A stretch of 60,510 nt of DNA, filler included, from Stramenopiles sp. TOSAG23-2 (Eukaryota), in the NCBI GenBank assembly GCA_900128395.1. It is 4 parts of 4 records of this genome, joined end to end, with 100 filler letters (N's around TTAATTAATTAA, not from the genome) between each part and the next. Parts side by side here need not be neighbours in the genome. Positions count along the whole stretch, not along the records: positions 1 to 15,089 come from LT649729.1; positions 15,190 to 30,243 come from LT649730.1; 2 more parts are not named here. One strand, written 5' to 3'. Positions 10,481 to 21,200 of the stretch are shown here, piece after piece. The translations under genes and the position numbers were made by a program. Below the pieces are notes generated by a model that was not told where the DNA came from, made no database searches, and saw nothing but the letters and a program-made list of their open reading frames with translations. How positions within the stretch are numbered: the first letter of the stretch is position 1; every line of letters starts with the position of its first letter.

Positions 10481-13400
10481 TCATGTATCATTTGCTTCAT
10501 TTTTACGTGACGGTTTTGGCACAATTGGTAATAGCTTTTGCTTCTTTCTTAATCTCTTCATCCTCTTATGAGCATGAATCAACATTTGGGTACGTGCTAC
10601 ACTACCCATGGATACCTTTGTTTTTTTAATTCGCTCCAATATCGATGCAGGATAGACCTTTTCATGGGTGTCCTTTGACCCGCAACATGTCGTACGTTTA
10701 CTAGAGCTGGATACACGAGATTTTTTATTAGATATGACTGAGGCAACTTCTTTTTCCATTTTAGTCTCCACCTCTTTTAATAATTCTTCCACTTTTTTTA
10801 ACGATAACCATTTCATCAATACCCTCTGATTTTCAACCCATTCATGTGCAAATTTTCTTACATTTTCTTTCTTCTTTCTGGTTTTACAGGCAGTCAGACG
10901 AGTTCGTAAACATGGAATCGTAATAATTAAAGCAAATACACCCAAAAACATACAAAGAACCGTCATTAAGACCAGTATCCAATCAAATAAAGCTTGTTCG
11001 TACACATCGTCAGAATCCTGCATGCGATACATCTTTAACGCCATTCCACTTATTAATGTAAACAGTAGATGCAATGATAAAACCATGGACAGAATATTGT
11101 CCCAGTAGGCACGATATGGACGCTTAAAGGCAACAAGTAAAAGCCACCCAAGGCAGACGATAATGCCCAGCAAAACTTGAGCCACACTACTCCCACCTAC
11201 TAAAATCAACCCACCAGTCAACATTAATCTACGTATTAGGTCTATTAAATCATAATAGTAACATTCTTCTGTATAATGCTGGTAAATCGCACCAAATTGT
11301 TTTTTTACCCTACGATGAGATTTTAGGTCTAGCGCAGAGTCTTCGTGAAGATGTCGGCGATTCCTCCAGAGGGCTATGAATTGAATCAGAGGAACACCAA
11401 TAACATACAGAAAGATGCACAGAATCGCTACAGAGCCGTACGACCACCAGGAATCATCAAAACATTTTACACTGTAATCATCTGTTAAATAATAAACATC
11501 GTGAATGTTACGACACTTGAACAAACGAAAAATGCGCGTTGACAGCCCGGTATACAAGCCAAACGACATCAACGACGCAATTGTATATACCCGCGTTTTC
11601 ATAGATTCACTTGTATAACTAGAAAAGGAACCAAACCGCCGACGAAGGGTACCAATAACCCACACGGTAAAAATGCACATTACAACGACTGGACCCAAAG
11701 ACATGTGAAAAACAAATTTCTGAGTAAACCCTGTTTGCATCCTACAGCTCACCTCTCCAAAAAAGACATATATATCAAGGGAGGTAAACTCCAGCAGCTT
11801 CATAAGATTAGACAGATTTTTTGGCCACGGAACATCAAACACCACCGGAAGATAGGTCATGCATTGGGTATAACCAAACAGAATTTTCAATTTCATCAGT
11901 GCAACTCCAATCTCCTTCATTGCGTTATTCTCTGATTTCTTCTTCTTCCGACGTTTTGGTTGTGACATCGCATGAATGGGAATATGACCGGCAACTATTT
12001 CTAGCGTAGTAGCTGAGTTCTCTTTCTTGAATTCCTTTTTGGATTCTTTCTTCACGTATTTTACCATCTCAGCTTTGTCAATGTATCCACTGCCGTCTCG
12101 GTCAATACACCCAAACAGATATTCCATTTCTCTATCAGTCAACCCACCATCGTGTTTTTCTATGAGCCGACGAAAATTCTTTAAATTTAATTGCCGTAAT
12201 TGATGGTCAAATATTTTATCTAAATCCAAATCTTGTAGTTTTTCACGTAGTTCCTCATTCTCTTCCGCAGAGAGGGCTGGTTGTGTAAAATAAAAATACA
12301 TTCCAATCATAAACACTACCAATGAACACAGAGCAGCAGCTAACAGCTCTGATGTAGGTTCCGTCGCTCCTCCTGCGATATATCCTGGACAACTGACACA
12401 CTGTCCCTGCTGCATAACATGTTCCTTTGCACATACTGCACACAATGGCGAATCATCATCATACTCCGTTGCGCAACGTCCAACGGTGCCATTTCCTCCG
12501 TTACAGGAATCTGGAAACACACATTTAAACAGGGGGTAGGTATCAAAATCTGAGCTTTTCGGCTTGTAGCGCCAATAACCAGCCGCAACAGCAGGTATTT
12601 TAACACCTATGGTATCGCACACCACACCTTCAGGGCAATCTGCACAGTCAAGCATGGGAGGTTTGTAATATTTAGCACCACAAATACACTCGGTCCCATT
12701 GTTACCTCGCTCATAATTGCCACGAAATTCTCCAATTCCACAACCTTGGCTGATGATACTAACTGTCAATGTTTGCTCTGGACGATTGGTGTAATACACA
12801 TCATTACTATCGATGCGATGTTGAATAATACATGTACCAACGACAGACCCCTTCGCAGTAGCTTGTTCACGTGGCGCTGTAAGAATATTAACAGCTACGG
12901 GTGTTTGAAAATTGTTGGAGCCGAAACTTATATCGTTTGGCGTGGTTATGCTACAAACAGCAGCATCTGATGCTATGGAAACACCCACAACCTCACTAGG
13001 AGCAATCGTCAATCGTACGTCATATGAAAATTCATCCCCTTCATTTATCTGAGCGAGTGGCGGAACGCCTTGAACATCACCAACTACCTCTGGTACAGGA
13101 GTACAAGTAGCAGCAGCGTCGTTCGAAACAAAATTAATAGCACAACCTTTACAATTGATAGCACCAACGTCGTCTTGATATTGGCCAGAAGAGCATGCAG
13201 AGCAATTACTTCCACCTATATTTGGAAAATAGAACCCAGGCTCACATTTCTGACACTCGCAGCGGGTTGTTAAACCAACACTTTTACCAACACGCCCAGT
13301 AGGACAACTCTCACAGTCAGATGCGTCATCATGCAATGAAGCATCTTCTCCATCATCTTCTAGGTACGTTCCAGCAATGCAAGGAAGGCAATCCTCAGCA

Positions 13401-15089
13401 GCATCGTGCAATAGGTGGTCAGAGCCATCATCGGAGAGGTATGTACCAGCCGAGCAGATGGTACAATCATCTATCGCATCATGAGCAGTTGCGGAAGTAG
13501 CAGCATCGGCTAAATACCTTCCTTTTGGGCATACGCTGCAATTGCTAGATGCTGCGACACGTGCGTACTGCCCGGCGGAGCAAATCAGACAGTCAGACAC
13601 GCTGTCATGTAGGGTTTCAACTATACCATCGTCTTCCAAGTATTTTCCAACTTCGCAATGTAAGCAATCTTCCAATGCGTCATGAAATTGGGCATCGGTA
13701 CCGGCATCTACGTTGTACGTACCACTTAAACATGGCTGGCAATCATCAGGCTCGTAGGAAAGACCATGTTCTACATGAATGGTACCAGCGGAGCAGACTA
13801 CCCTTGAGAAAGATACCTCATACACAGAATTATTAAAGCCTACATTACAGCCGATAGCTTTAACAGTCATGTTATGAGTGATGAGTAAGATGTAAACATG
13901 CCCTGAGATGGATTGACCTACTGTACAGGATAGGGCATCTGTTGAACATTCTGGTACATCAGCATTCTGAGTAAAACAGCTCAGAGCTGCATGTGGTGAT
14001 TCTATCTTGACCATGGTTCCACGCGCTACTTGACCACCAGTATAGTTGAATGAAACTTCTGCGTGAGAGGTGATATTGGAGAAGACAACACCATCAGTCT
14101 GCCTTGAAATAAAATATTCAGATGGCGAATAAAGCTCTAGTTGCGCAGTGGTGTAAACTCCTATCTCATTCGGAGAGCTTATACCATCTACTTTAAAATG
14201 CAGTGGTGTATTTGGAGCAATTCCCTCTGTAACTTGAAAGGTTATCTGATTATTAGTAGACGTAGGTGTGCCATACATACTGTTTCCAGACGGCGCTATC
14301 CATGTTACTAATGGTACAACCAAAACAAATCCAGTAGGTAAAGTGACTACGATTTTGCTCTGGTCAGGAACATTCGCACCCATTGGCACCGTAAAGGTAA
14401 TATCAATTATACCATCGGTTACTCCAGCGCGTGTGTTGGATAATTCCATTGAACCGTCTATAATCTGAGTCAGAGTGCAGACAGAAGGCTCGATACAATC
14501 TGAGCAAGCTGCTGCGCAGGAAACACAGGTACCATTGATGCTACCTTTACCATAAGGACAATCTAGACAGGATACGGCGTTGGTTGTATTTGTATATGTA
14601 CCAGGGGCGCATGTGGTACAATTTTGTTGGTATCCTAATGCTCTGATAGGGCTTACAAGGTAGGTACCTGCTACACAATGACAAGCTATGGCATTGTTGG
14701 TATATTGTTTGTCTGGGCAAATTTCACAGGCGAATGCGTTGGCGTAGGCAGAATATGTACCAATCCCACAGCTACTACATGCTCGGCCAGAGGTACTTGT
14801 GCCATTGGTAGAAATATATTCACCCGCTACACAATCTGTCCAATCCGTACAAGCAAATGAGTTGGTAGAAACAGCGTATTTTCCTGAACTACAGCTACTA
14901 CATATACGGTCAGAGCTACTTGTACCGTTGGTAGATATATACTGACCAGTGGAGCAATCGGACCACAATTGACATTGGTTTTGATTCCACAAACTGGTAA
15001 AGGTTCCGCTGGAACATGTAGCGCATGTGTGATTGAAAGTTCCTGTCTTATAAGAGCCTGGGGTACAGTTCTGAGCGCATACCACACCT
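10481..15089 (-). CDS. Giant Cys-rich cell-surface multi-TM protein (TNFR/ephrin-receptor-like CxxC repeats, EF-hand, TRP/Flc-like TM region); 5'-truncated by the contig end
   Basis: Many CxxGxY...CxxC repeats; EF-hand IDRDGSGYIDKAEM; TM block with KILFGYTQ, DVPWP, DYSVKCF, GAIYQHY...YYDLIDLIRRL, KRPY; the ORF runs to the linker. Confidence 0.85.
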
Positions 15090-15189
15090 NNNNNNNNNNN
15101 NNNNNNNNNNNNNNNNNNNNNNNNNNNNNNNNNTTAATTAATTAANNNNNNNNNNNNNNNNNNNNNNNNNNNNNNNNNNNNNNNNNNNN
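15090..15189. other. Artificial contig-joining linker (N44-TTAATTAATTAA-N44)
   Basis: 100-bp N block whose central 12-mer has stops in all six frames; three identical copies in the window. Confidence 0.99.
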
Positions 15190-17589
15190 TCCTTTCACTA
15201 TACTCTTCGGTATCCATTGATATGAATTTGATTGTAATGTTGTGTCTATCTGGTCAATTCCGTCAATTGCTATTAAAATAAGTTTGTCTTGTGCAACGGC
15301 TTTTTCACCTGCAGCTGTAACCACTTTTGAAAACCAGTGCAAAATGTTGGCATATTTAATATCTAAATCAAGCGACAAGTGGAACAACGCAATTAACTTT
15401 TCGCCAATAGCTCTTAGCATACCCTCCTCATCATTCGAATTTGGACCGCCACCAACAAGATAAGACACGACGATAACATTATCGCGATGATTTTTTGCAC
15501 AGTCATCTACGAAAGAACAGACCAGGCTGGTCTTTCCACAGCCAGGTTCACCGGTCAACAATAATACATTTTTTCCATTGTCTCCCATTTCTATGTTAGC
15601 ATTCAAAAATTCATGCATTTGTTTTAAATATAATGGTCTTTTAATCATTAACATTACCCGGTAATCGATAAATTTTTTGTGTACATGTCCACAGGAAACA
15701 TCGTCAAATGACATTTCCTGTTTCATTTGAAACGAATCGCTTTGGTTTATACTGACAGTACTGCTATGGCGGTCTCCGGTTGGGCTTAAATTTAGAGTCT
15801 TTGACATTCTACCTATATGCATTGCTTTGGGGAAATGAAATTGAATTGCACGATACAAATCTTTTAATAGAGGCATTCCAAATGTTTTTTGCAATCCAGC
15901 TATGTATGGCCTTCCATATCGATCAGTTCCGCCGTAATGTCCTCTATAATGTCTATATTTACAATATGGATGTGCTTTAATATCATTTAAAAGCTTTTCT
16001 CGCATTTTTTCCACTTTTCCTCGACGTGGATAGTCAAACTCAAAGACAGCCCTTTCTTTTTTATTTCTAATCTTCTTTATGAAATTTGAATCACGTTTGT
16101 AGCAAAACGCATGGATAGGTTTGTGAGGATTGTTTAAAAAGGCATGATATGCTTCCATAGCAGTAATAGAGTTTCCTGGAGAGTGCGTTTTTATCCAATT
16201 AAATTTCTTTTGATTAGATACACGATATTTTTTCGGGATCCAACCATATCTTTCACCAACAAGCATAACAAAAAATGGCCTCGTTGAATCTATTTCATGT
16301 AGACAATGTTCCAGTGCTCCAAGTCCCGTGTCCGATGTATCCTCTCTAGTCAAGCCCCAACGTAAGTCGATGGCAACAACTTTAATGCGTTGACATCGTA
16401 ATAATTCATTTAAATCCGGTATAACTTCCTTATTTATCACGTCCCTTTCGCCATGCATGTCATTAAATGTAGAAGACACGAAAATTTTTATCGTTCTCCA
16501 TGAATTATTAGTACTTGCGGCTATATTATCGTACATTATAGATTGCCACTCTTCCTTCGACATCAATTTCCGCTCACGTTCTTCATTCATAGCAGTTTCT
16601 CTTTCTATTTCTTTTTCATGTTTATTTTGCTTAATATTAGTTACACTTTTGCTCATATGCTTAAATTTTTTCATCTTTTTATTTTTTTCTTTTATTGTAT
16701 TTATAGATAAAGACATTATGTCGCGTTCATCTAATGTTTCGTTAAAATCATCTTCGTCACTATTTACAAATTCCTCATCACCATTCATGGTTGCCGTATT
16801 TAATCTTGTTATATCACTTTGTCTAGAGTTAAAATCACCACCGTAACGACTATCATTATTCCATGAAGATGATAGGGCCGATGATGAGTCAACTGTACTA
16901 CTAGTCATCGCATTTCGCCTCAAACTTTTGTTATGCATATATTCAGAAAAATTTATTTCAATAGATACATCGAATGGATCCTTTTCTCTACTATGTAACA
17001 TTGATTCACTGACGTCATCCCTAAACAAAGCATCTAATGCAGTTTGTTTTGGTCGGTTCAACTGAACATTTGCACCTGTTGTAACGTTATTTCCAAGATT
17101 CGTTTCATAGACTAAGGATCCGCGCGTAGAATGTTGGCGGTACGATGAAGCTGATGTAGCGGTTAATCCACGAGATGGTAAAATATTTAAAGATCCCGGT
17201 GTGAATGGTGGGAAAAAATCATCGTTTGGTATTTCAGTAGCTTTAACTACTGGTTCTACATTTTGATATACCCTTTCTTGTGCTAAACCTGCATAATTAA
17301 AAGCAACTGTCTTACCTTTACTTTTAGTAATGAAATTAGTTCTGTGCATCGAAGGTGTTATAATAAAATCAGATTTTTGTGGCTTAATTCCACCTAGTTT
17401 GCTGCTTTTAAAACGTAATTTAGACATATTTTTTGGTTTATCATTGTTTAGGCTTAGTGTTTCTGCCAATCTCAATAATTTTTTTTTCTTTTGTTTCGAG
17501 CCTTTAATTGGCTGCTTCGAAGACCATGTACCCTTAGAGCTATTGTACACATCTGGTTCAAACAGTGCTAACGGTACATTTGATGACAT
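15190..17589 (-). CDS. DUF4062 + NACHT (STAND) NTPase, TEP1/NWD1-like; 3'-truncated by the contig end
   Basis: WRTIKIFVSSTFNDMHGERD...IDLRWG...CLHEID..RPFFVMLVGERYGW (DUF4062); Walker A GEPGCGKT; Walker B ILIAIDGIDQI. Confidence 0.88.
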
Positions 17590-18063
17590 TTTTTTTTTAC
17601 AGACTGATCAGAAACGATAGCTACTCTGTTGCTATGGCATGAAATGATGTCGCTTTGATTTATCTATGATGTTTACTTTATGTTTTTGTACATCCAATGT
17701 TGCACTTATTTATAATAATTAATAATAATATTAATAATTTAATATGGGGGATAATAATAATAATAAGCAAAAAAATCATAATAATAATAATCATATACCT
17801 ATTAATATTACCATTTAAGGAATATTCCCTGTGTACTTGAAAAAAAAGAAACGCAGCTACAGAAACTACTGTTAGTGGCTCGTATTAGTCTATAATACAA
17901 CAAAAAATGAAATAGTGCTTTATTGGTTCCTTAAGATATAAAAACTACACGAAACAACATACGACGACGACGAATAAAATAAATAAAAATATAACGGTAC
18001 GATGATGATACGTGCATACCTAGTATAATAATGTTATAAATAATGTTGTTGTTGTTTATGTTA

Positions 18064-18095
<32 letters not shown>

Positions 18096-18221
18096 AATAA
18101 TAGTATTAAAAAGTAATATAATAAATACAATCATACAATCACTAATACTGTAAATATATAATAAACTATTTCAATATATTCAGCAATTGGAGTAAACGAG
18201 TAGTTTGACTTTGTATCTAAA

Positions 18222-21200
18222 ATGGAGGAGGTTAATCCCGAGGATGTCTCCGATGTACATTGGAGAATCAAAGAAATACGTAAACGTGTTGAACAGCATA
18301 AGCAACAAGAACGTAGTGATGCATTAGTAGCAGCAGCAAAAAAAGCTATATTAGGGAAAAAGAAACAGCTAGCAATTGTCAAGAAATATAAAGAAAGGGT
18401 TAGAAAAAATGAAAATGCAACAAAGCGAAGCATAAATAAATTTTCGAAACGTATGGAAAAATTTTTGGATGGTGCCGATAGGCAATGGTTACTTGATAGG
18501 GATTTAAGATCAATGGAAGTATCATATAAAGGTTCTGGGGAACGACTGCGAAATAGTCGATTTTTGTTAGATTTGGCAGCACGCAGAATTACTGATATTA
18601 AAGACAAAATAGGTAAACCAATTAGAGCTAATTTAACTACATTAGAAAAAGTTGAAAAAGAGTTAAAAGACGACAGGGTAAGCTATGTACCAGTTGGTGT
18701 ACGATTAGAAGAGCAAAGGAAAGCTTTAGCTGGCAAAGCGATGGAAGATGGCAATGTCGATGATGAAGAAAATGTGGAAGATGTGGTAGTAAAACACTCC
18801 ACAAAATGTAAATATTGTAATAAAATTATTCTCCTTAAAACGATGCCAGCACATCAAAAAATATGTCAATTTAGAAGTCAGGAACGTGTGGTTTTATATG
18901 CAGAAAATGCAACTGAAACAACGGCAGAAGAAATGGATACAGCTCTGCCACCACAGCCCCCTTTGAATGTAAGAGTCGTAGGTACAACCTGCGAAACAAT
19001 TACATTTTCTTGGGTACCACCAATTTTTGATGGGGGGGCTGCCATCGAAGGATATGAGATACGGTGGCAATTATGTCATAAAAAAAAAGTAGGAAAAAAA
19101 ATGCTAAGAGAATATGAAGTGTTGCCCCCGATTTGGACATCAACATGGTGTTTAAAAGATCCAATTATGCATCGTGGTTATACCATACGAAATTTAGAAG
19201 CAGATCTAGAGTTTGCAAATATAACAGTACATTCAAAAAGTAGAGTTGGTTATAGTCCGCCAAGTAATGTAATTGAATCAGTGGAAACTAATTTGCCGCT
19301 AGCACCCACAAAGCCTCTGTTTCTCCAAGTAAAAGAGATCACATCATCAACCATTGAGCTTGTATGGGAAGCGCCATTGTTTTCAGGTGGTTCTGGGGGA
19401 ATTGAAAATTTTCATTATGAAATACACTACACGTATCAAAAACAAACAGAATTAAGCAAAAAGAAAGAACCAGGGATGGTTGATGTAAGGGAAAAAGTGA
19501 TGTTGGAAAGTCCTGAAACGCGCTACGTTATCGAAAATTTGCGTGGATTAGACGTTGTCAAAGTAATTGTTGTTTATGCTTATAACAAATTTAAAATTAG
19601 AAGTCCACCCAGTCACGAAATTATGTCAGTGCAAACCAAACCCCCTAAGTCATCTCAGGTATTCAAGCAAGAATTAGAAAGAGTAAAAAATGTAAAAGGT
19701 AGATTTATAGAATCAAATCTGCACCAAGGTTTCATGCAACGTTTTGAGAAACAGAATTTTATAAAAATTTTGGAAGGAAAATTAAAAATCGCTGAACAGG
19801 AAGAGGATGAAGAAGCTGCAAGGCAGAGGGCTAGAGATGAAAAGCTGAGAAAAGCTATTGCTGATATAGAAGGTCCATCATTGGCTGAGCTGGAAGCAGC
19901 ACACAAAGAAAAGTATGGAGGTGATAGTGAAGAAGAAAAAGAAGAAACGAAAGATAGCAAAGAAGGAAGAAGCAAAGAAGACAATGAAAATATAAATAAT
20001 GACGAAGAAGGAGATGATGATGTATATGGATTTTTGACACAGAAGAAGAAAAAGAAAATGGATGGCCGATCCAAGTTAAGGGCTCAAAGAGAGTTGGCGA
20101 AGGCGAGAATGGAACGAATGCAAAAAGTACGTGAGAGGCATTTTCATGTGCGAATAAAACAACTGAAAAAATTAGTACAGGTACAGATGGATAAACGGTC
20201 TGATATCATCGCAGAAAGGGCAGAAATTTTTTACAATATTAAACTTTGGGCAAAACGTGTCAATGAAGTACAGCCAGAATTAGACCGTGCAAGTCTATTC
20301 CGCGGGAAGTATATGGATTGCAGTGTTATGCATTACAAACCACAAAGATTTTTAACAACAGGTCTGGTATCTGTGCTCGTGGGAGAATTAAGTGCGCGTT
20401 TGAAAGATATAGCAGATGGGAAAGAAGACATGATTAGGCTGGAAAAAGAAGCAGTTGAAGTGCTGATAAAGCAAGAAAAGCTTGAAGATAAATTGAAAGA
20501 TAGAGAAGCTGCATTTTTAGCATTTAAAAAAGAAGCTGCCAGACAACGTGCAGCACAAAAACATATGCAAGAATGGTCAAATACTGGCTTAAAAAATTTC
20601 TACTACAGATGGATTGAATACGTTGAAAAACGTAGGGATGATCGTTTGATTGTTGGTAAATTTATCCAACGTATATTAAACAGTGAGTTACATGGCGCAT
20701 TTCAACACTGGATAGATGTAAATAACCAGCTACAAAAGGTTTTAGATGAAAGCAAAGCCGTTGTTGGTGGTGTTGGCACTCAAAGTTTGAAAAAAGTAAC
20801 TGAATTTCGCCATCAACTTGAAAATGAAACTGCATTGATCTTAGATAAAGTTTCTAAATCACAAACTGGTTTAGATGATGCCAAAATGACCGCGGCGCAA
20901 AGGCGTGCGGCAGAGGAAGGCAAGGAATTTTTCAAGAAATATAAATCAGAAAATGATGATGAAGTTGTAAATTCGTTAACTTCGCTTGAATTAGCAGATT
21001 ACAACATCGGTGGCAGCTACGCAAAAACAGGTGATTTCGAAAAAGCTATTTATCATTTTACGAGGTTTTCTGATGAAATGAAAGCAAAAGGAAATATTTT
21101 AATGATGGCAAAAGCATGGAGTGCCATGGGTGAAGTTTATACAGATATGCAAGTCCCAGAGAAAGCACAAGTAACATTCGATAGGGCTATACAGCTATCC

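Noticed and set aside
15142-15189. ORF-track end of the NACHT protein (poly-X then stop)
   Set aside because: The stop comes from the linker; the gene is truncated.
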